A stretch of DNA of 36,205 bases. Source: Sphaeroforma arctica JP610. Taxonomy: Eukaryota. The stretch is from the NCBI RefSeq assembly GCF_001186125.1, contig NW_014040552.1:207303-243507 (forward strand). The letters are read 5' to 3'. The translations under genes and the position numbers were made by a program. The notes under the pieces were generated by a model. The model did no database searches. It saw only the letters and a program-made list of their open reading frames with translations, and was not told the origin of the DNA. Shown one piece after another: positions 1 to 21,588 of the stretch (its first letter is position 1; every line of letters starts with the position of its first letter).

Positions 1-52
<52 letters not shown>
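1..52. repeat. (AC)n-(AT)n microsatellite
   Basis: Perfect AC run followed by an AT run at the window start, lying in the intron of the minus-strand gene at 168-356. Confidence 0.95.
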
Positions 53-167
53 TATGTTTAATATAATTTGTTGTATTCGTATTCGGCATATTTGCTAGTT
101 CGATGAAACACGTATGGCGCACTCGTGGGGCTGCTGCATAGTTTCTGATTATTAATATTCAACATAC

Positions 168-356
168 CATTAGCAGTATATTTCTATTATATTTCGGCCT
201 GAATCCCCAGTCTTTTCCCTTCTCAATCAGCATTTTACCTTCGTACATTGTCATCAGGGTGTGTTTTTCGTCCTCCAATACAGGCGCGAGACCAGTGCTA
301 ACCACATGGCTTTTGAAGCCTTCCTCTTTCTTTTTCCGACTAAAGAACGAGAACAT
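168..356 (-). CDS. First coding exon of an uncharacterised gene continuing off the left edge
   Basis: ATG at 356, 63 codons (MFSFFSRKKKEEGFKSHVV...YEGKMLIEKGKDWGFRPKYNRNILLM), ending at a strong phase-0 donor ATG|GTATGT. Divergent from DENND4. The EG..K.G..W pattern is weakly PH-like, not verified. Confidence 0.6.
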
Positions 357-1747
357 ATTGCCTGCCTACTGGAGATATGTCACCTACTTATATCCTCACG
401 GCCGAACGATACTATAAACGAGGTCTTGGGTCGGATCTCTTCCGATTGATGTTGGTATGGATTTAACTGCAATGCCCGTCCCTGATAGGCACACATACCG
501 TGCGCAAGGTTTGTATGCTGCAGTAGTTGAAGACTATCCAACTAGTGGTAAGGACAATGTGATGCATATATAACAGGCTGGGTCAGAAGTAAAGCTACAC
601 AGACACCGCGGGCACGTTCCACATTAAATATCAAATTTCCAATCCATTTGTATACAAAGAATCAGAATAAAATGATGTGATAAACTGATAAAAATATGAC
701 AAAATGTTAAAAAATATACATTTTAAATATCCGAGCTGTTATGTAGTAATCAATGTGATGATCACCGTGATCTCAGTTAAATACCAAATGAGGAACGCAC
801 CATGGTGACGATAAACATCCAAATAAAGATCAGGATCATGTAATACCAGCCTCAAAGAAGCTCTGTATACTCACCGTACAATGAACAATGAGGAACGTGC
901 GGCATAGACTACCAAGCAACCTCGTATAGCAGTACAACTGTAGATACTGAGATAACCGTAAAACTAAATCAAGTATGTGTCATCGCCCCGAGGTAAAAGT
1001 TGAAAGGCCAATATTGATACTTTCATGCTCTTTCATGTCTTGGTTCACAAGGACAGATTAACAGCAACTTTATTGGTATGTAACCGTCTCGATTTGGAGG
1101 TGTATCGAGAAATCGAGACGAATGATACTAAACAACATTTGTTTACTATGGTACTTCTTCGATAGAAACGTGCCAAGGCTAGGATGTCGGATAGGATTTA
1201 CGTGGGCTGTTCATTATATGACTATACGACGTCAGATGTAGCCTTTAAATATAAAGATTAAATGAATGCTGCACTTGGCGGACTAAGAGGATGTTGATGC
1301 AATGGTGTACGTGCGCATCCTAAGATCATTCCATCGAGGCTGTTCGATTTGAGAAGGCTATACAAACGTGTGTAAGAAGATAGAAGAATGAAGGCGATTT
1401 ACATACGTACGACAAGATTCATTTTTTTAGTCCATTTAAATAAAATACCTGGTTTTTCTTACAAAAAAAAACAATCAAATATGATTATATGAATCATTTA
1501 TAAATATATATAAATATAAATTTTTAAAATACACAGACAGAGGGAGAAGTGATTGGTGTCAAGAAGTTGAAGCCATCACAGATCACAAACGTAAATTTGC
1601 ATCTTATATATTCGATATATGTACTCTAGCAGAGAGGAAGCAGTTCACTCTGATATGAATGGTGGCGTTCTGTACATAGAGACGATACATCCGTTTCACA
1701 GTAAAAACAGGGTCCTGATCCCATATGTAATGGACACATAGACAGTC

Positions 1748-12201
<10,454 letters not shown>

Positions 12202-12225
12202 GCGATTAACAGAATAAAAATAGCT

Positions 12226-12605
12226 ATGTCATGGATTGCATTGGGGTTTGATTTAATTGTGTGCCTGTGGTCTACAGATACAAGCTGTCAGCAGAGCCAC
12301 TTGCACGGCGGAGGAAGCTTATAACGACATTAGAACGGCAGGTGCCTGGGGTTCTTGTAGACTGTAGTCGCTTTTGTTGGGATTGTCTGTCAGTGGTTAT
12401 TAGCAATCAGAGCTGCAATAAAAGTACCTATGCAGTATGTCATGAATTGCTTTGGGTTTAAATTTGGCTGTATCTGCGGTCTTGCAGTCTGTAGATACGA
12501 GCGTTCAGCAGAGCCACTTGCATGGCGGAGAAAGCGAACAATGCCATTGGAACGCACGGTAGCAGATTTACAAATCGTTGAATGTAGTCGCTCCCTTGTT
12601 GGGAG
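12226..12605 (+). repeat. Diverged tandem duplication (period about 211-217 bp) between DENND4 and the FABP-like gene
   Basis: Shared blocks ATGTCATG, AGATAC, TCAGCAGAGCCACTTGCA, GGCGGAG and TGTAGTCGCT occur twice in the same order. Confidence 0.8.
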
Positions 12606-12768
12606 TTTCAATATATTTATCTGTCAACGGCTATCACTTCATCCGAGCCGGTGTTGGGTTCCAAACCCTGGGCCTGAACCTCCTATAAAATTTCACCAAA
12701 ATATATAATCCAAAACGCACATATATACTGCATGTATCCAATTCATCATCAAGGATCATCGATTCATT

Positions 12769-13568
12769 ATGCCTGTGCCGGTGTTCTCCCTACTTGATGC
12801 CTACAGAGGTCGGCGGAGTCTGAACCTTACCCGATCGGATTCAGTCGAACCGATCCTTAGCCATGCAGGTGTAAACTACATGAAACGCAATATGCTGGCT
12901 GCCCTGGGTATTAGTTATGAGATCATTCCAAGTGTAGAGGACGACAAGACATACATCACCGAGAAACAGTTCACTACTTTTGTGAACAAGGAGTTGAAGA
13001 TAGAATGCGGGGTATGTATGTTATTGTAGCTTGTAGATAGTCAGGCAAGAGGGCCCCTTTTTTTTTCTTGATCACCTTTCGAGAAATTCAGTTTGAATTT
13101 CGCATTCGAGTCCATTTCGGTAGACACTAATATATAACAATATATTCCTTTAATAAAGATGGACGGCAAGTTCAAAGAGTATACGCACTACCATCACGAC
13201 GGTAAGTATCGTTCTGAGCCGGAATGTTTTTATTCTCCGAATATAGATCCCTTATTGATTCACAATTTGTGCTTGCAAAGAACTATAATAGGTATAATCT
13301 TAGGTATCTTCGTTCCCTGACCTTTCTCTCTCTTCTATATACAAATACAGCTTATGGTGTCGATTGTAAGAAGGCTTATAGATTCGACGCATCGAATAAG
13401 CACCTCTACGCCCATGTTGAATCTACCGGAAGCTACCTAGGATACACATGGAAAGAAGATAGATACGTCGAGGCTGATGGCACTTTGCACTGGGTCACCG
13501 AATTGGACTATGACGGTAAAAAGACTGTCAACCACCGTGTATTCGACTTGGGACAAGCCCTCGACTGA
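12769..13568 (+). CDS. Fatty-acid-binding-protein/calycin-like small beta-barrel protein, 167 aa
   Basis: Exons 12769-13011, 13159-13201, 13351-13568, with donors GTATGT and GTAAGT and consistent phases. YRGRRSLNLTRSDSVEPILSHAGVNYMKRNMLAAL resembles the FABP N-terminal strand plus helix-turn-helix. It is followed by beta-strand patterns (TTFVNKELKI, EDRYVEADGTLHWVTELDYDGKKTVNHRVF). Confidence 0.72.
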
Positions 13569-13947
13569 AGATGCAGCAGCTAAGGCTACCTAGTTAAATA
13601 GACAGCGCCGGTTGATTCATTCCCAACGACACGGAGACCGGGGCGTGGGCGAATACCTATTACCTGCACCACATTTTTATCAGTTGATCAAAATCACCAT
13701 GACGATATTTTCTAATAAAGAGCGCTGAAAATCAGTACACATTTTTAGCTTTTTTGTGTACAGATAGCTGATATAATAAAAGAGAGTACATTTAGCCGCA
13801 TGCAAAACTAGTACTGTGAGTGTCTAGAGTGAAGAATGGTTGCAAGTTCGCGATAGTTAGCATACAATGTATTCAGCCGCGCAGTTATATATAGGTAGAT
13901 TGCCAAGATATAGTACTCTGATGAGACATAAAAGGACGTTTTGAGTC

Positions 13948-16900
13948 ATGTTGAGAAAATATAAAGTAAATCGTGCGAACTGCAATAATGTGCAGGGGTT
14001 CGTTCGCACTGCGGCATGGGCTATATCTCTGACTTATCTCCTGAACGTCGCGCGTATTGTTGTCCAATGGATGTCTAGTAGTACGTTAGAACCAAATGCT
14101 GAATTCAATATAAGGGACTCAATGCTATCGGAAGTAGATGAACAAACGCGGAAAGCAAACAAACTGGCTGAAATCCGCAATGTGCGGCAGATTCTGAACT
14201 CGCCAGAAAACGAGGCTGCGATGAACGCGACCACAGGCTATGTCATGGGCAAGTTCCGCAAACACTCAGACAACTGTATATCCCCCACGATTCATCCAGC
14301 GAGCATGTATGCTTTGTTTGTGCCTCCGTTGAATCGCTATCGATCGGAACACGGGTATAGTGTGCATTCGAGTGAAGCGACACAGATTAGCAAACACGAG
14401 CTCACTAAAAAAGAGTATCAGTCAAACATGCGATGCAAGAAACACAAACCGCATCGTAACGGGAGGAGGGCACCTCGGATATGCGAGTTTGAGAACATAT
14501 GCGTGAGAGACGGACGGCTATTCACTTTGAACACGGTATGGGTGTGCTAATTCTGTAGTCTATGCCAGCTATATAGGTATATATGGTGCCTGATTTCTGT
14601 CTATCTTCTGTGGATGACAGCTCATAGTGCAAGTCTGCGCAATCTCATGCGTGAAAGTATACAAAAAGCAGGATACATTAGCGAGCTATCACTAAAATCA
14701 TCAACATCATACGTTGAATTGGCCTATCCATACCCACATACTGTCGTCACCAGCCTCAGCATGTGCTTCTTACCATCACCCTCGTGTATTGATCTGGTCC
14801 AACCTATAATGCATATCGTTTCCGGTACAGATTGACTCCACAAGGCTTACCATGTACTCATTACCAACACATGAGTGCGTGTCTCCCATACTCGTTCCTG
14901 GAAGTCGGCAGCAAGCCCTGTCGCTCATTGTTGGCGATGTGACTGTCGTTGACACTCCTACGATCCTCTTCTCAATGCGAGGTATTGTACGCTCAAAGTC
15001 TCTATATCCTCACGGCTTAGCTATATCGGCATGTCAGTAGCTGGTCGTATTATCATCTGCGTTGACCCAAATAAATGCATTCGTTCTTAAGTTTCTAGTG
15101 ATCGAACAGTTCAGAGGCCATATGTGTATCGGGAAGTGCCAATCGCGAGCAGCGGATTTGTTATCCATTCAAAGCAAGTCAGACGATATCACCTTTTGCC
15201 TGAGTGAGTATTTTTTTAAACCTCAACTCACAGGGAAGTATAGCCATATGAATCTGCTGCTGACTTCCCTGGGCGTCTTCGATGCTGTACATTCTGAATT
15301 CGGGGAAGACTATGCAGTGGGGAACTCAACCATGACTAAGCCATACTCGGCTGTTATGATTCAGAATGCACTCTACAGAGGCTCTCAGAGAGATCTGTGG
15401 GCCAAGGTGATGCCATGGTTCAAGAAGGTTCACAGTTCACAACGACCTCTGATGTTTTTGCACGAGTTTGGGGGCACCACTTGCTTCCGGAAGGCTATTC
15501 TGGGCTCAGGTGGTGCTTATCAACCACTGTATCGATCGGCTGGGAGTACGGACAAGGAAGTACTTGCGCGGAAGTATCCGAAGTTGCACCAACGCATGGC
15601 AACCATTGTACCGAAGTTTGCGGCGTATGTAGCAGACAAGCATGGAAGCACGGGGGTCAAGCGACATACCGCCCTGCTGCACCGAAATAAGCTTTCAAGG
15701 AGGATTCTAAATGAGGCGGAGGTGAGTAGGGATCCGACGGTGTGTGGTACTTTCAGCGCACCTAGTTATTGCGAGATTCGTTGCTCTACTTCAACTGATG
15801 TGCATTCCTATTCCACGTACTGTCTGACAGGTAAGCGCCACAATGGCTCAATTGGGTTACCACGTGTCAATTGTAGACTTTAACACGATTCCGCTGTCGG
15901 ATCAGGTCAGATTAGTAAGGTACCCGCATGACGCATGCAACTTGCGATTTAGCACCTGTTTTGATGCAGTGAGTATATATCTGATCCTAGTTCGGCTCAA
16001 ATATTTTATGTCTGTACAGATGGTAAAGTATGATATCACGTACAGTCATAAGACTGAACTGTTCCTGCAGTGACTACGAACGAATCAAGCTGCACATTTT
16101 CGAGTAAGTGTCGTTTGGCGTTACTGGTATTACATATTTNNNNNNNNNNNNNNNNNNNNNNNNNNNNNNNNNNNNNNNNNNNNNNNNNNNNNNNNNNNNN
16201 NNNNNNNNNNNNNNNNNNNNNNNNNNNNNNNNNNNNNNNNNNNNNNNNNNNNNNNNNNNNNNNNNNNNNNNNNNNNNNNNNNNNNNNNNNNNNNNNNNNN
16301 NNNNNNNNNNNNNNNNNNNNNNNNNNNNNNNNNNNNNNNNNNNNNNNNNNNNNNNNNNNNNNNNNNNNNNNNNNNNNNNNNNNNNNNNNNNNNNNNNNNN
16401 NNNNNNNNNNNNNNNNNNNNNNNNNNNNNNNNNNNNNNNNNNNNNNNNNNNNNNNNNNNNNNNNNNNNNNNNNNNNNNNNNNNNNNNNNNNNNNNNNNNN
16501 NNNNNNNNNNNNNNNNNNNNNNNNNNNNNNNNNNNNNNNNNNNNNNNNNNNNNNNNNNNNNNNTATTTCTTTTCTTTTCTTCCAATAATGGTATTTGCAC
16601 ATATGAGCGCATGATAAACAGCATTTAAATGTACGAACGGAAGTACGTGTATACACTTTTCTTAGACATGATTGACTTGATTGTTATTGTATTCTCATTC
16701 ATAGTCCTTAGGCGTTACACGCCAATCTCTCATCGTACTCCATTATCTCTCGAACAGATCCACCGAGCTTCTCGTTGGTTTGAATGCACCTGAGCTGGAC
16801 ATATCGCTATTTCTTAACCGTACACACTCGGCTCTAATCGAGCTGATAGGCTACAACGCCACGAGTGACATACACTCCGTGTGGATGCAGTATGCGGATG

Positions 16901-17376
16901 TTCCGTATGTCTCATGGCGCAACGAGAAACGAAGTCAAATCGGTCACAACGAGGTACGAGTTTTTTGTCGATGAAAACCCCCCGCAAAATAATGAAGTTT
17001 ATCCATATCTGTTTTGTGTCGAGTATATTGCGGTAAAGTTCTATTGGAGCCTCAGATATACCTACTCGAAGTGATTGTACAAACGCATCCGCGTGCAGCA
17101 TTCCGGATAACTGAGGTTCTAGGTTAACCGATGCAACGTTATCAACACTCATATTTTGGTTCAACACTCACTTTGTGACAGGTTTCGGACTCGTACCACA
17201 GGGTAGACTTCCGGCAGTACCAGTACCATCTAGATCAGTGGGTAGATCCGAAGGAGGTGGAGTTGTTGTGCCGGACCTCCCGGGCGGTCATAGCGAGACA
17301 TTTAGGCAGACCCATACGGAGCCGGCAGGGTTTGGGCAGTGTAAGCGAGCTTACTAGTAAACACTTTGTAACGTAA
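13948..17376 (+). CDS. Glycosyltransferase family 61-like (EOGT/POMGNT2/xylosyltransferase-type) type II membrane protein, about 568 aa
   Basis: Exons 13948-14535, 14831-14981, 15234-15721, 15831-15919, 16758-16953, 17182-17376. N-terminal signal anchor, then CEFENICV, TCFRKAILG, LLHRNKLSRRILNEAEV, DFNTIPLSDQVRLVRSTELLVG and ALIELI. Phases match across the gap at 16140-16563. Confidence 0.8.
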
Positions 17377-18231
17377 CAAATCACTCACTGTCTCCCTAAC
17401 TTGTATCGAAACTATATTATATGCTACACCGAATTTATAACACGACAAAATACTCGCCATTGTCTGAATGATTATTCTATGTTATCTACTTATAGCAAAT
17501 CAGAGTATTTTGATATCGTTTAACAATTGTTTGTATAATTGGATACGCAAGCACATAATTTTGTGTAAGTGTAGCTTTGTGAGTAGAGCCGACTACACTC
17601 ACAGCCGGGCATATCTTTGATACAAAATATCTCATGAAGGTTTCTTATGGAACCATACTGCACAAAGTGTGAACGATGGAGTACGACACTAACCAATTTT
17701 TTACATAGCATAAGGCTTGGACACAATGAAAACTAGATAGCAGGCAAAATAATATAAATAATGGTACATGGATTTAAACGGGCCGTTCTGAATATAGACT
17801 ACGAGTATACTGCAAACAATACCAATCGTCCCCAGGCGGCAAGGTTAAACCCTACTATTGTAGAAACGGCCAAATAAGTTTGAAGCCACAAACAGGTTTC
17901 GAGTTATTTGACATCATATGATTACCTGAACGCGCTTACCTTCGAGTCACGAGAAAGCCCAATCATCTCACACTCCGCATGTCTTTCCTATATAAGCAGG
18001 CCTATGTAGTAAAGCGCGCTAGAGCAATGCAAACGCGATGTAACTTGCCATATTTATTTGACCTGCCCTAACCAATCAGTGTCATAAGCACTTATAGAAG
18101 TAAATATTCAGCGCATGGTAAATATATATGTTTTAAAAAGTACACTCGAAATGCACGATTAGATTTGTTTGATTACACCCTTTTAATGACAACCGTTACT
18201 GAGCACGGTCATTACACGTAACAATCCTAAT

Positions 18232-19346
18232 TTAATTTCTCTTGATGAACTCGCTTTCGACATTAGTCATGCCAGGTCCGGACTTGATTTCTCCGGTTTC
18301 TAAAATCTTCTGAATACAATCGTCTTGTTGGTGCGTTCCAAAGGCAGAACTGGATAGATTAAAAAAAACAGAACAATGGCTATTTAGAAATATTGTTCTA
18401 ATATTTACCATCTAGAAAATAGAGCGGGAGGGTTTGCAATAAGAATTTTTAAATAGAACAACTACGATTAACTGTCAAACAATGGATGAACTATCCTTGT
18501 TTGTGGCAATCGTCGAAGGAAGTTGGAACTCTGACATATGCAACAACTAAGCTACCCTGGTAGAGACAGTGTATTCCGTAACCCACACCATTTCAACCAA
18601 CTACTATAGACAAATATGCTAGTTGAACTACGTAGGTCAACACACACTCAAAAACTAAGCTTCACACTTAAGTACAAGGGCAACATTTGACGATACGAAC
18701 AGCCACCGCAGGACGATGCAGCAGATATCAATGTTTAATCAAGAATCTGCACCGAGAATACAAGACATGTATAAAATACCTGAGACTGACCACCACGCTA
18801 TAGAATCTATAGCAACTGCAATATAATAAACTCCGTTAAAATGGGAAAAACAATCACTCAGTAAAGGCAGACAGCTTGGCTTGTCAAGATATCTATCTAT
18901 CTATCTATATATATATATGCAAATAGGCAATACATTTAATAACTGGTGCGACTTACTCTAATTCAGACTTGGTGGGGCGAGAGGGTTCGCCCTGCTGGTT
19001 TCCGTGTTTGACGAAGATGTCAAAGCTCTGGACAACATTGGACATCGCAATAGACTTATCCTTTCTCCACTTCTGCACCTCACCTGTTATAATTGGGAAA
19101 TGAAACAGAGTCAATGACGGTATTGTAATAGAGATAAGTGGGAGATAAAGATGAAACCGAAGACGGCAGTTTTAAGTGAAAACAGAAAGAAGCTAGAGCT
19201 TACACAAATCAAGGCATTCAACGATACAGTGCCCGCCCACACACCACCGTATAGATGAACTTACCAACTTCGGTGATTACATAATAGGTATCGCCATCGT
19301 GGGAGATTGAAACGTTTTCAGCGTTGTTTGGTTTGATTACACCCAT
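18232..19346 (-). CDS. RTC3: Rtc3/YHR087W-like stand-alone SBDS N-terminal (FYSH) domain protein, 108 aa
   Basis: Not in the ORF track. Exons 19346-19265, 19083-18957, 18349-18232, both donors GTAAGT. Protein: MGVIKPNNAENVSISHDGDTYYVITEVGEVQKWRKDKSIAMSNVVQSFDIFVKHGNQQGEPSRPTKSELDSAFGTHQQDDCIQKILETGEIKSGPGMTNVESEFIKRN. It carries the family hallmarks KW..D.SI...VV..F.IF, P.K.EL..AFGT and I.KIL..GEI. Confidence 0.85.
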
Positions 19347-19617
19347 TGTTGTATAATTTATTTACGTATCTGTATGTGTTGTTTGATAAAACTATCGCGT
19401 GAAGATATGCTACAGACCTACGCAAGCATTGGCTCTATATATAGGCCGACCCTGTGGAATTATAATCCGGAATATGCGGAGCATAGTTTCTTAGTTGTTT
19501 ATTTTTATTTTTAATTTTTCCCATGTTTTTAATTTGTTTTGTTTATTTTGTTTTGTTTTTAAATCCTCGTTTGGGTTGTTACTATTTTTATCCCTCCTCC
19601 AGCTGACAGGCTGACGG

Positions 19618-20216
19618 TCGTGACCAGTGAGACCACTGACCAGTTGATCACTGCGTCACTGACCCGAGTTATTTAAAAATAAATAAATACCAGTTCAGCG
19701 TCAGGCCGTCTTGCAGGCGTCAGCGCAGTGAGCCACAGGTGAAATCACAACTGACAAGTGACAACTGACAAGTTGAGTTGTCACTCGTTCAGTTGCAGTC
19801 TTGCAGACTACAAACTCAGGACATTTTACGTTAAATAAATATACGTTTACGCTCAACGGTTATATAACAATGGCCCGGCCCAATGGTTGCCGCTATGGAT
19901 GCATTTTCAGGGTCCGGTGAGTTCTTTAAATTCACATAATAGGTAAATGTTCTAGTCTTTGACTCTTGTATAAACGTTTCAAAAAATATAAATCGAATAT
20001 ATATCCCATTTTAACGGGATGAGAACTTGTGGAGTTTTCACTTTTCGATTGCTGTCATCAATCAATCAGTCTTCAGAATAAATACATATTTAGTTCAGAA
20101 TAGTTCAGATGATAATTTTAAAATTTTCTTCATTTGTAGCAACATTTAAATAAAAAAAAAGCTTTTTGGCTTTCCCGTTTATCTGGCCCTTTTTGGGTGG
20201 CTCTCACTGGTCACGA
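19618..20216. mobile_element. Putative non-autonomous inverted-repeat (MITE-like) element, about 600 bp
   Basis: TCGTGACCAGTGAGA-CCAC (19618-19636) is the reverse complement of GTGGCTCTCACTGGTCACGA (20197-20216) with one indel. The interior is non-coding and no target-site duplication is evident. Confidence 0.4.
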
Positions 20217-21588
20217 AATTGGAGATATCCCAAGAATTTTCATGACCCTCTGTCTCTGGTCTCTGGATTAAGAGTTTACTGTTTAGGACCATGAAGACCA
20301 AGGCCCAAGAAAGACTCGAACTCTCGAGTCTCGAGTGTCAAGGTGGAGGCTCAGGGCCTCAGGAGTCAGGCCCCAGCCCTCTCAACTAAGGACTTGAGGC
20401 TCGTACTTCGTCATACATTTAGCTGAAATCGGAAATAATTTTTTAACGAAACTGACCCAAATCTATTGAGAATTCTATGGAATTTTCCCAATGTCGGTCG
20501 TGGTCCAATTGAATAGTAGATAATGGCTACAAATATGGCAATATATATTCATTTTTAAAACACTGGGTTCGAATTAAACCGCTGTATTTAAACTAGGTTA
20601 TATATAAAATAGGGGTGACTTCTGTGACTGTAGGTCAAATTAGCTCGACTACAGAGCTTTCGCCGCGATAGTTGTGTATTTACATATTTAAAATGTGTAT
20701 GTTTATATTCGTGTACACACTTTTTTAAAGTAATTTTATGTCTGTAGATACATTTTCATATACACGAATACTATATTCGAATGATTTTTGATCAATACAT
20801 ATACACAAATAGACACAAATAAGCAAACCTAACACATCAATATGCGTTAAGAATCGTTGTCAACACGCGTTAACGATTGCATGCATGCAAGTACAGACAC
20901 TTGCATATAAACCTGAAAAAAATTCATGTAAATACTTTCTAATCATTCAGAAAATATTTGTAACTTGAGCTAGCACCTATTAAAGTAGTGTTACGCGTCT
21001 TTCAGTCACTGATGAAAGTCATCTATGTTAATGTTTCACGAAATTCAAATCAAATGTGTGCACGATGGATTCTGAAATTTCCTTGATAGTGTTATAAGCT
21101 ATCATATGTATTCCCATGGTCTTTACATCAGAGCATTCAAGTGTCTTTCATAGTACACGTGCGTTTGTGCACCAAAAACTCGAATTTGTAAAAAGAAAAA
21201 AGTTTCGTTGTGATAAATCAAATCGGGCTGAGCCTTTGAATTTGAGGGGAGAATCCTGAGGATAGTGATGATGTGCCGCTTTTTGTCTTCTTGCAGGATG
21301 TCAAGTGAGAAACTTGCCCTTGAAGTTGCATACTTTTGTGTATACAAATGCTGGTGACTTATAAAAAACTGTACGTCCGCGACTATGAGTGTCGCATCAT
21401 AGGTCTACGACCGGATGTCACGAATCTCTACACGATTAAACAGAAAATTTAGGACATGCGAAGATCTTGGCACAGATGAGCAATTTTTTATTCATAGTTT
21501 TCGTGCGACATAAAAAACATAGTCCTCGGCTCGAAAGAAACGCGATCGTTGGGAGCCAGTCGTAGGCGCTATTGCTCGAATATGTTCA

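Noticed and set aside
450..1650. tRNA, snoRNA or other RNA genes here or in other intergenic regions
   Set aside because: No cloverleaf, A/B boxes or convincing C/D box pair seen by eye. An Infernal or tRNAscan search is needed to exclude them.
18167..19344. 14-nt direct repeat GTTTGATTACACCC at 18167 and 19331 around the Rtc3-like gene, as a target-site duplication
   Set aside because: One copy lies inside the CDS and the gene retains introns, so chance is the likelier explanation.
21123..21347. Short ORFs at 21123-21347, 27479-27989, 32116-32358 and 33173-33532
   Set aside because: No recognisable motifs or convincing splice partners. They are probably UTR or intergenic.
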